Source: Vulcanimicrobiota bacterium
Lineage (GTDB): Bacteria > Vulcanimicrobiota > Xenobia > Xenobiales > JADMJV01
Reading direction: 5' to 3'
Assembly (NCBI GenBank): GCA_050250895.1
Contig: JBFWNU010000004.1
Location: 494,934-558,933, forward strand
Length of the DNA stretch: 64,000 nt
Positions 1-9,942 of the stretch are shown here, one piece after another. The translations under genes were made by a program, and so were the position numbers. Under the pieces are notes generated by a model that was not told where the DNA came from, made no database searches, and saw nothing but the letters and a program-made list of their open reading frames with translations. Position 1 is the stretch's first letter. Each line of letters opens with the position of its first letter.

Positions 1-85
1 CTCCGGCCGATGTGGTGACCAATACTCAGGACTTTCGGCTCGGCAACCTGCCGGCTCGGGGGGCCAGTCCGGACTGGGGACCGTA

Positions 86-967
86 ATGGCACGCGTTTTG
101 GTCCTGGAGGACGATCCCGACATGCGCGAGACGCTGGTCGAGTGCCTGGAGGACCTTGACCACCGCGTCTTTGAAGCCGGTTCGGGCGAAGAAGCGGTCG
201 AGATCGGCACCAAACAGGCACTCGACCTGGTAGTGGCCGACGTGCGAATGAAGAACCGCGACGGCATCGAGACGGTGCGCATCTTGCGCACCACCCAACC
301 CCAGATGAAAGCCGTCATCATCACCGGCTATGCCGGCGACGACGCTCCCGGCCGAGCCATCGAGGTAGGGGCCGAGGATTATCTGTACAAGCCGTTCAAA
401 TTGGCCGAATTCAAGCGTTCGGTCAACCGAGTCCTCAGCCAGCAAGATGACCAGAGCGCCTACCAAAAGGTCTTGGGCTCGTTTCGAGCCGGCTTCGCCC
501 GGCTCAAGGAACGAGCCAGCAACCTGCTGCTCGACCGCGAGATGGCCGGAGTCGATACCATTCGCTCGAAGGCCTTCCGCGGCTTTTACGTGGCCATTCG
601 CTCCGAGCTACTGCCCTCGGCCCAAGCCCGCATCGTGTGGCAGCAACTCGACACCCTCGACCGCCGGCGCGAGCAGCTCAAAGCCGAGACCAACTCGGCC
701 GAACCGCTGCAAGAACTGGGGGGCCAGTACAAGTATCTGGCCGACCTGCTGGCGGCGGTGGGCCGTTCCACGAGCGTGATGCCGCGACTCAAGGGTGACA
801 CCGAGCTTTCGGAAGCCAAATTCGCGTTCTTCTTCGCCAATGTCCGCTCGGGAGCCATCTCGAGCGAGCAACTCAAACTGGCTCCGTTCCTCTATCACCT
901 CGACCCGGCCCTGCGTGGCCAATCCGAGGAACTGCAACGGCTCTACGACATGACCTGGGGGGCCTAG
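86..967 (+). CDS. Response regulator (REC + uncharacterised helical C-terminal domain)
   Basis: N-terminal receiver motifs VLEDD, DLVVADVRM, IITGY, YKPF. Confidence 0.85.
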   Translation: MARVLVLEDDPDMRETLVECLEDLDHRVFEAGSGEEAVEIGTKQALDLVVADVRMKNRDGIETVRILRTTQPQMKAVIITGYAGDDAPGRAIEVGAEDYLYKPFKLAEFKRSVNRVLSQQDDQSAYQKVLGSFRAGFARLKERASNLLLDREMAGVDTIRSKAFRGFYVAIRSELLPSAQARIVWQQLDTLDRRREQLKAETNSAEPLQELGGQYKYLADLLAAVGRSTSVMPRLKGDTELSEAKFAFFFANVRSGAISSEQLKLAPFLYHLDPALRGQSEELQRLYDMTWGA

Positions 968-1018
968 TCACCACTCGGTCCGGATGGGATAGCGGCTAAT
1001 CTCGGGGTCCGGGGTCAA
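968..1018 (-). pseudogene. 3' remnant of VapC/PIN toxin
   Basis: Alternative frame reads LTPDPEISRYPIRTEW*, typical of the C-terminus of Phd-associated PIN toxins; rest of gene absent. Confidence 0.7.
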
Positions 1019-1214
1019 AAAAGCTATCGGGGATCTCGAGGCTGCCCTTGCCTAAACCGATGGGCCTTGGCCCGGTCGGCGGGGCCGTCAGAGGCCGGAC
1101 CACGGCGATCGGCTCGTTTCGTCGGCACAAAATGAGCGCATCGCCTTCTTTGAGTTCGCTCAGGTAGCGAGAAAGGTGGGTCTTGGCTTCGTGGATGTTC
1201 AGTCGATGCTCCAC
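996..1214 (-). CDS. Phd/YefM-family antitoxin (C-terminus altered by deletion)
   Basis: LNIHEAKTHLSRYL...RRNEPIA...RPIGLGKG...FFDP motif; TAGTCT -10 box 6 nt before GTG. Confidence 0.85.
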   Translation of the reverse strand: MEHRLNIHEAKTHLSRYLSELKEGDALILCRRNEPIAVVRPLTAPPTGPRPIGLGKGSLEIPDSFFDPGPRD

Positions 1215-1246
1215 GCCCCAAGACTAAACTAAGTAGTGGAACTAAA

Positions 1247-2215
1247 TCAAGACAGAGGTAGCCCCACCTTGGGAAAAGACGGCAGCCACAGGCTGGCCAC
1301 GGCCCCCTGATCGGCTCGGTTGGCCAGACTCAATCTGCCGTGGAACTCTTCGGCGAACTCGCGGGCTCGAATCAAACCCAGACCCGTGCCCAGATCTTTT
1401 GAGGTGTACTGGGCGTCGCCCAGATAGTTGAGGCCGAACGAGAAGCCGGGGCCGTCGTCTTCGACCCGGATCTCGACCCCTTCCTTGTAGTCGTCGACCA
1501 GCACCGTGACCATCTCCTGGCACACCTCGAGGGCGTTGCCGATGAGATCCATCAGCACCAGCAGAAAGCGAGAAGGGGGCAGATAGAGGTTGGCCTCGGG
1601 TTTGCCCACGCGCCGGGCCGAACGGTCCTTCAACGAGAGCCTCAAGGCGATGTCGACCATCTCGGCGGGGTCGAGCAGACGACGGGCCGAGTGCCCGTTC
1701 TGGGTGAGAATCTCGAGGTCCGCCAGCAGTCCGGTCAACAGTTCAGGATGGCCCTTGGCGGCCTGGACTCGAGTGATGACCACTTTGCTCAATTCGGTAA
1801 TGGCACGCTCGCGCTCGCGATTGGCGGCCTCCCGGGCGTTGTCGCGATGGCGCAGATGGAGGGCTACGCGGGCCTGAATCTCGCCCGGCGAGACGGGCTT
1901 GCGTAAATAGTCGTCTACCCCCACCTCGAAGGCCTCTTCGCTGTGGTTGTAGCGCAGCTCGCCGGTAATCATGATGACCGGAAATCTGGGCAGGCGACTC
2001 TCGCGCAACTGCCGCACCACCTCGATGCCCTGCATGTCGGGCAGGTTGTGGTCGACGATGGCCAACTGCGGCGGCCTTTGGCGCGCCCGCTCGAGAAACT
2101 CCGAGCCGCATCCGGTCACGATAACGCGGTGACCGCTACGGGCGAGCAGACCTTCGAGGGCCGCTCTCTCTACTTCGCTGTCTTCACAAACCAGGATGGT
2201 GCCGGTGTCATTCAT
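1247..2215 (-). CDS. Hybrid REC + HATPase_c protein (no clear H-box)
   Basis: REC (CEDS, IVDHNLP, RKP); N/G1/G2 boxes LIGNALE, DDGPGF, GTGLGL. Confidence 0.8.
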   Translation of the reverse strand: MNDTGTILVCEDSEVERAALEGLLARSGHRVIVTGCGSEFLERARQRPPQLAIVDHNLPDMQGIEVVRQLRESRLPRFPVIMITGELRYNHSEEAFEVGVDDYLRKPVSPGEIQARVALHLRHRDNAREAANRERERAITELSKVVITRVQAAKGHPELLTGLLADLEILTQNGHSARRLLDPAEMVDIALRLSLKDRSARRVGKPEANLYLPPSRFLLVLMDLIGNALEVCQEMVTVLVDDYKEGVEIRVEDDGPGFSFGLNYLGDAQYTSKDLGTGLGLIRAREFAEEFHGRLSLANRADQGAVASLWLPSFPKVGLPLS

Positions 2216-2244
2216 TGCACCCCAGCTATCGGCACCTGAGGAGA

Positions 2245-3333
2245 TTACTTAAGCAGTTCTTGCGACTCGGCGATCTTGTCGGCGCCAGCCAGCACGCTCT
2301 CGAGGCCTCGCTCGAGGGTGGCGCGGTCTTGAGTCTTCTTGAAGGTCTCGAAGTGCTCGACGGCTCGGTCCATCATCCGCCCGCCCTCTTCGAGTAGCGC
2401 CCGACCGCTTTCGGTCCTGGCCTGAGCCTCGGGGCTGGGGTAAGAGTCGGGCGGGCGGGCCGCTTTGAGGGCCTGGCTGGCCTGGCGAACGTTGCCGGCG
2501 AACCACTCGAGCACCTCGGCCAACTCGTCGAAGCGAGTCGGGTCGGCCAGAAAAGCGCCGACGGCCTCTTCTAGCCTGACCACGTAGGCAAAGCGAGGCC
2601 TGGGCGCGGCCTGGCCGGCAATCATGTCCAGCGATGAGGGTGGGCCGCCCGGCAGACTTGGTAAGCGGCTCGAGCAGGCCGTGCACAGACGTGACCCGGG
2701 CGGGTTGGAAGCTCCGCACCGAGGACAGGCGATGGTGGGAGCCAGTCGCTCTAACAGCTGCTTCTGCAATACCGCCAGCTGCTTGCCTTGTTCGAGGAGC
2801 TTGTCGTTGGCCGCCTTGAGGCCCGAGGAACTCTCCTTCTTGTAAGCCTGGCGCAGTTCGACCAGGGCCGAGGCCATTGCCTTGAGGGGAGCCTCCATGG
2901 CGGCTGTGGTCTCGGCCACGGCAGCGCTCTCGGCGGAACCTTTGAGATAGCTTTTGAGATCGCTACCGGCTCGCTCGGTCTGCTGCGAAAACCAATCGAG
3001 ATAGGGCGCTAGAGCCTCTCTCGGCAGTCGTCCCTCGGCCACGCCGATGACCAAATAGGCGAGTCGATGAAGGTAGGGCGAGTCGGAATATACCGGAAAG
3101 GACTCTTCTTCGCGGCGCAACTGGTCGAACAGGTCCAGCAAAGCATCCGACGAGGCCCTCAAGGTCTGGGCACCGCGCACCAGATGGTCATGGCGCGGGT
3201 CCTTGAAGTAGCGGTTGACCTGCTCGATCCCTTCGCGAAAGACCTTGAGCTGAGTTTTGACCTGGGGGTCGACCTCGCGAAAGAGGCTGGTGCGCCAGCG
3301 CGTCAGACGGGCGTCGTCATAGTCGCGTCCCAT
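2245..3333 (-). CDS. Helical hypothetical protein with central zinc ribbon
   Basis: CPRCGASNPPGSRLCTAC zinc-ribbon motif; 362-aa ORF. Confidence 0.75.
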   Translation of the reverse strand: MGRDYDDARLTRWRTSLFREVDPQVKTQLKVFREGIEQVNRYFKDPRHDHLVRGAQTLRASSDALLDLFDQLRREEESFPVYSDSPYLHRLAYLVIGVAEGRLPREALAPYLDWFSQQTERAGSDLKSYLKGSAESAAVAETTAAMEAPLKAMASALVELRQAYKKESSSGLKAANDKLLEQGKQLAVLQKQLLERLAPTIACPRCGASNPPGSRLCTACSSRLPSLPGGPPSSLDMIAGQAAPRPRFAYVVRLEEAVGAFLADPTRFDELAEVLEWFAGNVRQASQALKAARPPDSYPSPEAQARTESGRALLEEGGRMMDRAVEHFETFKKTQDRATLERGLESVLAGADKIAESQELLK

Positions 3334-3470
3334 CTGTTTGTGAAAGGCGGACAGGCGTTGCAGGGTCTCGGAGAGAGCACGCCGAGAAGCATCACCGCCC
3401 TCTTCGACGCAGCCTCGAGCGACTTCGAACAGGGCGTTGACAGCCGGAGAACGGGTGGGCTGGAAAGCCT

Positions 3471-3803
3471 CTAGCAGTAGTAGCAGCCCCTATTTCCGCG
3501 CATGGCGCCGGCATACCAGCCGATGGAACCGCCCAGGCTCGCGCCCAGCCAGGCGCCCGCCATGGCCGTGAAGGGACCGGCCGCAGCGCCGACCGCCAAA
3601 CCCAGGAAGCCACCCACCAAAGAGCCCACCAGGCCGCCGCGCTCGGCGCGGTAGTAGCTCTGGAACGGGTCGCAATAGTAAGAGGGTCCGCAATACATCG
3701 ACCCGCAACCGTAGAGGTGGTTATTGTATCCGTAGTAGTTGTTGCCACAGCCGTAGTTGGGATAACACGGCGCGTTGCAGCCGACGTTGTTGTAGTGCCA
3801 CAT
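3471..3803 (-). CDS. Small Tyr/Cys-rich protein with glycine-zipper hydrophobic hairpin
   Basis: GAAGGAGAGA RBS before ATG 3803; 110 aa with 8 Cys, 15 Tyr and GxxxG repeats. Confidence 0.7.
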   Translation of the reverse strand: MWHYNNVGCNAPCYPNYGCGNNYYGYNNHLYGCGSMYCGPSYYCDPFQSYYRAERGGLVGSLVGGFLGLAVGAAAGPFTAMAGAWLGASLGGSIGWYAGAMRGNRGCYYC

Positions 3804-3900
3804 AATTCTCTCCTTCTCGAAGTATCCCACCCGGCCCTGGAAGCGACAACCCTTCATCTGTAAACAGGTTGTTTCGAAAACGACAGAGAAGGCCGGGCCC

Positions 3901-4464
3901 GTGCGTATTACCAAAGTCGTAACCAAGACCGGAGACCAAGGCCAGACAGCTCTCATCGGCGGCCAACGAGTGTCAAAAGGGACCCTGCGGGTAGCCGCCT
4001 ATGGCGAAGTCGACGAGCTCAACTCTTGCCTGGGTCTGGCCGCCACCCACCTGCAAGACTCCGAGTGCAAAACCGTGGTGGAAGAACTTCAGCACACGAT
4101 GTTCACCCTGGGCGCCGACCTGGCCAGCCCTGCTGGGGTCGAGGTTCCTCGGGTCGAAAACAGCCACATCGAGCGTCTGGAAGAGGTGATGGAGGGCCTG
4201 ATGGTCGACCTGCCTCCGCTAGAAGAGTTCATCTTGCCGGGCGGTGGGCCGGCCGGAGCCGCCCTGCATCTGGCCCGCACCGTGGCTCGCCGAGCCGAGC
4301 GCACCACCGTGCTGTTGGCCAGCGAAGAAGAGGTCAATCCGGCCGCGGTTATCTTTCTCAACCGCCTGTCCGACCTGCTGTTTGTGCTGGCCCGAGTGGC
4401 CAACAAGCGCGAGGGCCGACCCGAGACCCTGGCCGATTTCTCGAAGAAGAAAGAACGCCGCTGA
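3901..4464 (+). CDS. pduO: Cob(I)alamin adenosyltransferase, PduO/YvqK type
   Basis: TKTGDQGQT, AYGEVDELNS, FILPGG, RTVARRAER, LNRLSDLLF motifs. Confidence 0.93.
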   Translation: MRITKVVTKTGDQGQTALIGGQRVSKGTLRVAAYGEVDELNSCLGLAATHLQDSECKTVVEELQHTMFTLGADLASPAGVEVPRVENSHIERLEEVMEGLMVDLPPLEEFILPGGGPAGAALHLARTVARRAERTTVLLASEEEVNPAAVIFLNRLSDLLFVLARVANKREGRPETLADFSKKKERR

Positions 4465-6731
4465 TCGACTCGCTGTTAGCGGGGCTGACGGAGCACCTCG
4501 AGACTGCGAATAACCTGGTCCTGTGGGCTCCGCCCGGGGTGGGCAAGACCACCCGCGTGCCCCCGGCCATTGCGGCCTGCCCCTTCGTAACCGGCCGCAA
4601 GGTGCTGGTGCTCGAGCCGCGCCGATTGGCGGCCCGACTGGCGGCCGGCTACCTGGTCGAGCAGGGCCTGCCGGTGGGTTACCAGGTTCGCTTTGACAAC
4701 CGCACCGGTCCCGACACCCGCATCGACTTTCTCACTTCCGGCATCCTCAACCGGGTGCTGCTCTCGAACCCGACCCTCGACGGAGTGGCGGCGGTGGTGC
4801 TCGACGAGTTTCACGAGCGCCATCTCGAAGGCGACCTGGCCCTGGCCCTGTTGCGGCGTCTGCAGCTCGAGCGGCGCCCCGATTTGCGTCTGGTGGTGAT
4901 GTCGGCCACCCTCGAGACCGGAGCCGTGGCCGCCCACCTCGGTGATTGCCCGGTGCTCAGTTCGGAGGTGCCCGGCTATCCCGTCGAAGTGCGCTACACC
5001 GGCCACGACCCTCGCCCGCTGGAAGAGCGGGTGGCGGGCGCGGTCAACGAACTGGCCGCGCTGCCCGGTCATCGGCTGGTCTTCTTGCCGGGAATGGCCG
5101 AGATCTTGCGCTGCCAGCAGGCCCTGGCTGGCCACGACACCCGCATTCTACACGGCAGTCTCGACAGCCGCGAACAAGATCAGGCTTTGCGTCGCAGCCC
5201 CACCACCAAAGTGATTCTCTCGACCAATGTGGCTGAATCTTCGGTCACCGTCGACGGAGTCACCGCCGTCATCGACAGCGGACTGGTGCGCCGGGCCGAG
5301 TTCTCGGCCTGGTCGGGAGTGGCTCGCCTGCTCATTGCCCGGGCCAGCCAGGCCTCGTGCGTCCAGCGGACGGGACGGGCCGGGCGCACCCAACCCGGAG
5401 TGTGCATCCGCCTGTTTGCCCTCGACGACTTCTTGGGCCGGCCCGAGTTCGACCCGCCCGAGGTGGTGCGCACCGACCTGGCCCGCCTGGCGCTGGATCT
5501 GGCCGCTCTGGACATCGTGCCGATGGACTTGCCCTGGCTGACCCCTCCCCCACCCGACCAGCTCGAAGCGGCTCTGCAACTGCTGACCGATCTGGGAGCT
5601 CTCGAGGCCGGTCGTATCACCGAGGCCGGTCGCGAAATGGCTTCGCTCTCGGTCTCGCCCCGCCAGGCCCGAGCCTTTCTGGCCTGCCGCCAGGCGGGCT
5701 TTGCCGGAGCCGGCTGCCGTCTGGCCGCCGCCCTCGAGCAGCCCGGTCCTGACCCCCTCAAAGCCGAGCCCGACCCGCACCTGGTGCGCCAGCTGCTCAA
5801 CCAGGCCGGAGCCCGCTTCGAGCGGGCCCCCAGCCAAGTCTTGCGGCGGGCCATCTTCGAGGCCTTCGTCGACCGGCTGGGCCGAGTGCGCAAAAAGACC
5901 GAACTGGCCATGGCCCGCGGCCGCTCGCTCGAGCTGAGCGAAGAACGCCTCGACGATACGCTCTGGGTGGTGCTAGAGGCTGACGAGCGCCAGGCTCGCC
6001 GCCCCCGGGTCAAGGCCATGAGCGAGGTCGAGCCCGAATGGGTCTGGGAGGATCTACTCGATAGCTTCGAAGAGCGGGTCGTCTATGGCTGGGACGACAA
6101 AGCCGGCCGGGTTACCCGCCTCGAGCAGGTGGTCTATGGCCAGCTGGTGCTCGAAGAGACCAAACGCTGGGCCGAGCCCGGACCCGAGACCGCGGCCGAG
6201 CTGGCTCGCCATCTGCCGGAGCCGCCGCCCGAACTCGCCACTCTGCTGCGCCGGCTCGAGCTGGTGCGGCAACACTTTCCCGACCTCGAACTGCCCTCGC
6301 CCGAGGTCGAGGCGCTCCTGACCCGAGCCTGTCTGGGCTCCACCCGACTCGACGAGGTGGCCGGCTCGCGGCTGGTCGACCTGGCCCGCGGGGCCCTCAC
6401 CTATCAGCAGCAACAAAGCCTCGACAAGCTCGCCCCCACCCATCTGGCGCTGCCCAGCCGGCGCCGGGGCGCGCCGATCAGCTACCCCGCCGATCGGCCG
6501 CCGTTCGTGAGCAGCAAGCTGCAAGATTTTTTCGGCCTGACCCAGACCCCCACCATTCTAGGCGGTCGCTTGCCGCTGGTGGTCCACCTGCTGGCTCCCA
6601 ACGGTCGCCCGGTCCAGGTGACCTCGGACCTGGGCGGCTTCTGGAGCGGCAGCTATCAGCGCATCCGCAAAGAGCTGCGGGGACGCTATCCGCGTCACGA
6701 TTGGCCCGAGGACCCGCCGGGTAGCCGCTGA
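4461..6731 (+). CDS. hrpB: ATP-dependent RNA helicase HrpB
   Basis: APPGVGKTT, DEFHER, MSAT, QRTGRAGR and C-terminal GRYPRHDWPEDP; start uncertain (CTG at 4461 overlapping upstream TGA). Confidence 0.9.
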   Translation: MIDSLLAGLTEHLETANNLVLWAPPGVGKTTRVPPAIAACPFVTGRKVLVLEPRRLAARLAAGYLVEQGLPVGYQVRFDNRTGPDTRIDFLTSGILNRVLLSNPTLDGVAAVVLDEFHERHLEGDLALALLRRLQLERRPDLRLVVMSATLETGAVAAHLGDCPVLSSEVPGYPVEVRYTGHDPRPLEERVAGAVNELAALPGHRLVFLPGMAEILRCQQALAGHDTRILHGSLDSREQDQALRRSPTTKVILSTNVAESSVTVDGVTAVIDSGLVRRAEFSAWSGVARLLIARASQASCVQRTGRAGRTQPGVCIRLFALDDFLGRPEFDPPEVVRTDLARLALDLAALDIVPMDLPWLTPPPPDQLEAALQLLTDLGALEAGRITEAGREMASLSVSPRQARAFLACRQAGFAGAGCRLAAALEQPGPDPLKAEPDPHLVRQLLNQAGARFERAPSQVLRRAIFEAFVDRLGRVRKKTELAMARGRSLELSEERLDDTLWVVLEADERQARRPRVKAMSEVEPEWVWEDLLDSFEERVVYGWDDKAGRVTRLEQVVYGQLVLEETKRWAEPGPETAAELARHLPEPPPELATLLRRLELVRQHFPDLELPSPEVEALLTRACLGSTRLDEVAGSRLVDLARGALTYQQQQSLDKLAPTHLALPSRRRGAPISYPADRPPFVSSKLQDFFGLTQTPTILGGRLPLVVHLLAPNGRPVQVTSDLGGFWSGSYQRIRKELRGRYPRHDWPEDPPGSR

Positions 6732-6745
6732 CGAATGGTCTCACC

Positions 6746-8005
6746 TCACCCTTGGAGCCTTTTATGCAGCAGCCGCCGTAACTTGTCGACTCGGGCCTCA
6801 TGGCCGCCTCCGAACTTGCCGATCAGGCCAGCCGCCACGCCCGCGGCCGCTCCCTTGGCCACAGCCCCCATCAACAGGCTCACAGGACCAAAACACAACC
6901 CCAGTCCCAGGCCCAGACTGGCCCCCAGAAACCCTTTCTCGAGCACAAAGTCGCGTGGCCTGATCACCAATTCGAGCGCCTCGAGTTCGGCCACCACACG
7001 CCTCCCCAGGCGAAGGCACAATCCGTCCAGCCGCTCGAGTTCAGCGTCCAGGCCGGCCTGATCGCGAACGGCGAAGCCGGATAGGTCGCTGGCCCAACCA
7101 TCCAGACAAAGGGCCGCTCGTGCCCCTGGGCACGGCAGGCGTCGTTCAAAAATCTGGATAGCGACGCCGTACTGCACTAGATATACCTGACTCGGCCCGG
7201 ACAGGGCGAAAGGAATGACCACGGTCGAACCGACTCCTGCCTCATCCACCTCGACCAACCGCAAGAATACGTCGGGACTCCTGGTCTCGGTTCGATGGCG
7301 GGTGTGTCCTTCGAAGACCAGCGCAGGGCGACCGGCAACGAGCCCCAGCCCTTGGCCCGGGCCCAGCACCTCGCCCAGCAAGAGACCAGGCTCGACCAGA
7401 CTCTCGTCTGGGCGCGGAAAGGCCTGATAGAACGGCGCTTCCGAGCGCAGGTTGAGTTGGCGAGTATCTAAATAGACCGGGACAGGACTAAAGGTGAGAC
7501 GAGTTGACAGTGCCTCGTGCTCAGCGGCCCGCTGGGCAGCCGTCGCGGGCCGCGTGATGACCAGGCTGCAAGCCGAGCCACCGGGCTCGACCTCGAGACT
7601 TTCTGGCTCCTGACCCAATCGGACTCCCTGACCCCGGGGGTGATCATAGAACTCTATCTCGCTGGCCGGGGCCGCGTTCAGGCCGGCCCCGAGCAGGCCC
7701 AGAGCGTCTTGGGAATCCTCGGATAAAGGGCGCGAGAATAGTTCGAACACCTCGCTACAGCCAAGGTCCACCTCGAAAAACTCGAGCCGGACCCGGTCCC
7801 TCTTCACCTCGATGCGAATCTGGCTGGCTTGCAAGCGCACCCCCGCCTGAACCAGTTTCAGCAGATAGCCGGCGGGATGGGCCAGCTGAAAGCGGCCTAG
7901 CTTGACCTGAGCCCTGGACCAATCGATGGTGAAGCGACCCGACGAGTCCAAGGCGCCACGACCCCTTTGATCCTCGAGAAATCTCTGGAACGACTCGGTG
8001 CCCAC
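6746..8005 (-). CDS. Hypothetical protein, possible degenerate GHKL/HSP90-like N-terminus and C-terminal TM segment
   Basis: SGRFTIDWSRA..KLGRFQL..YLLKLVQAG N-terminus; Gly-rich hydrophobic C-terminus. Confidence 0.6.
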   Translation of the reverse strand: MGTESFQRFLEDQRGRGALDSSGRFTIDWSRAQVKLGRFQLAHPAGYLLKLVQAGVRLQASQIRIEVKRDRVRLEFFEVDLGCSEVFELFSRPLSEDSQDALGLLGAGLNAAPASEIEFYDHPRGQGVRLGQEPESLEVEPGGSACSLVITRPATAAQRAAEHEALSTRLTFSPVPVYLDTRQLNLRSEAPFYQAFPRPDESLVEPGLLLGEVLGPGQGLGLVAGRPALVFEGHTRHRTETRSPDVFLRLVEVDEAGVGSTVVIPFALSGPSQVYLVQYGVAIQIFERRLPCPGARAALCLDGWASDLSGFAVRDQAGLDAELERLDGLCLRLGRRVVAELEALELVIRPRDFVLEKGFLGASLGLGLGLCFGPVSLLMGAVAKGAAAGVAAGLIGKFGGGHEARVDKLRRLLHKRLQG

Positions 8006-8059
8006 TGCTTCGAACTTCAGCGCAGAGGCGGACCTGCCTTCCTGCCCGAAGTGTCCGGG

Positions 8060-9940
8060 GTGCGAACGACGCTACTAACCGTGGCCGGGTTGGGCGCCTG
8101 GGCGACGGGCGTGCTGTGCGGACAGTATCTCGCGGCGGCGAGCCGCACCGGCATTGGGCTGGCCTGGGCGACGCTGGCCCTGGCCTGGATCGGGTTTGCA
8201 GCGCTGATGTGGCAGCCTGAGCAAGGCCTGGCCGAGCTGAACAGCAAACTACTGTGGCCCTTGACCGGCATGGCCAAACTGGCCGGCCGGGGCTTCGCCG
8301 GGCTAAGGGACCGTCGCTTTCTGGGAGGCCTCGTGGGGTGGCTGATGGTCGTCGGCCTGCTGGCCGCGCCTGGACCCTATATCGACTACAAGTTCAGGCA
8401 GCATCTGCACGAACTCGAGCAGCTTCAAGCCGAGAACCAAACCAATGAGGTGCGGAAAAAGGCCGAGAAACTGCTCGCCTATCACCCTGACAATCCCGAC
8501 CTGCTCCGCTACGGGGCCTCGGGGCTCGAGCGTCTCGAGGCTGCCGAGCCTCTTCTGACCAGGGCCATCAAGGCCAGGCCCGAAGACCCCCGCCCCTACT
8601 TGACCCGGGGGATGCTCTACGCGAAAGCCTACAAGCCCGAGCTGGCCCTGGCCGATCTCGAGCGCTGGCAAGAACTGACGCGGACAAAGGAGTTGCCAGA
8701 CCAGTTTCTCGAGGCCCGGGCTCAAGCCTATCGCGCCGCCAAGAACCATCGGCGGGCCGCCCAGGATCTGGAAGCACTGGTCAAACGGCATCCTGACCGA
8801 GCCGATTACCAAGAAAAACTGACGGACGCCTATCTCAGCCAAAGTCTCTACAGCCAGGCTGAAAAGCCCTCGAGCGAGTGGCTGCGCCTGGCGCCCGACG
8901 ATCCCCACGCCTATTCAGCTCGTTCGGTGGTCTGTAACGGCCTGGGTCGATACGACGAATCCATCGCCCTCGACAGCTGGCTCGTCGAGCACAACAAACT
9001 GACCGACTGGGCCCTTCCCCACCGAGGCTACAGCTGTCGTCTGGCGGGCCGTCTGGCCGAATCAGAAGCCGACTATCGTCTCACCCTGGAGCGCCATCCG
9101 CGCCACGCACGGGCCCTGGCCAACCTGATCATGGTGTTGCAAGAGTCGGGGCGCGAAGCCGAAGTGGTCTCGACCCTGCGCAAGACACTCGAGGCCGACC
9201 CCGAGTTTAGCGCTGCTCGCCGCATCTTGATCAAGGAACTCTTCAACCGCGTCGATCGCGAGGCTGCGCTCGGCGAAGCAGACCGCCTGATAGCCCGCGA
9301 CCCGACAGCCGAGAACTATCTGGTTCGTGCCTACTTGCACCCCCACGACTTTCAGGCCGCCCTGGCCGATTGCGACAAGGCCGCCCAGATGCTCAATGAA
9401 AAGCGGGCCGGAGAAACCACCGGAATCACCGTCATGGCGGCCCGTTCGGGCTTTGCCTCGCGCCAGCAAGAGCAGGCAAAGCTCCTCGAGCAACTCGAGG
9501 TATTGCAGGCGGCAAAGTCCTCGCAAGAGTTGGCCCACCGGGCCAGGCTTCAGCTGGCCCTGGGTCACTACCAGCAGGCACTGGCAGACTTCGAGCGGGC
9601 CGAGCCACTCACGCCCGAAATGGTCTGCGAGAAGGCCTATTGCCTGGGCCTCCTTGGCCGTTACGACCAGGGATTGACCCGACTGTCCCAGGCCCCGGCC
9701 TCGACTCGCCAGCAAGAAGTGCGGGGGTATCTGCTGGTCGGACTAGGCCGCCATCAGCAAGCCGTGGCCGCCTACACCCAGGCCCTGGCCAAGCACGAGA
9801 CCGGCCAGGCCCTTTGGGGCCGGGCCCGGGCCTACCGTCGCCTGGGCCAGTGGAAACTCGCTCGAGAAGATGAAGCGGCGGCTGGCAAGCTCATCGCCAC
9901 CTTCGATCACCCCTGGTGGCCCAAGCCGGAAGAAAGGTAG
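8060..9940 (+). CDS. Membrane-anchored tetratricopeptide repeat protein
   Basis: N-terminal TM helices followed by many TPR-like repeats ([25 protein letters not shown]); start approximate. Confidence 0.8.
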   Translation: MRTTLLTVAGLGAWATGVLCGQYLAAASRTGIGLAWATLALAWIGFAALMWQPEQGLAELNSKLLWPLTGMAKLAGRGFAGLRDRRFLGGLVGWLMVVGLLAAPGPYIDYKFRQHLHELEQLQAENQTNEVRKKAEKLLAYHPDNPDLLRYGASGLERLEAAEPLLTRAIKARPEDPRPYLTRGMLYAKAYKPELALADLERWQELTRTKELPDQFLEARAQAYRAAKNHRRAAQDLEALVKRHPDRADYQEKLTDAYLSQSLYSQAEKPSSEWLRLAPDDPHAYSARSVVCNGLGRYDESIALDSWLVEHNKLTDWALPHRGYSCRLAGRLAESEADYRLTLERHPRHARALANLIMVLQESGREAEVVSTLRKTLEADPEFSAARRILIKELFNRVDREAALGEADRLIARDPTAENYLVRAYLHPHDFQAALADCDKAAQMLNEKRAGETTGITVMAARSGFASRQQEQAKLLEQLEVLQAAKSSQELAHRARLQLALGHYQQALADFERAEPLTPEMVCEKAYCLGLLGRYDQGLTRLSQAPASTRQQEVRGYLLVGLGRHQQAVAAYTQALAKHETGQALWGRARAYRRLGQWKLAREDEAAAGKLIATFDHPWWPKPEER

Positions 9941-9942
9941 CC

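Noticed and set aside
4026-4460. N-terminal extension of HrpB (901-aa ORF)
   Set aside because: Overlaps the well-supported pduO gene in another frame and is low-complexity
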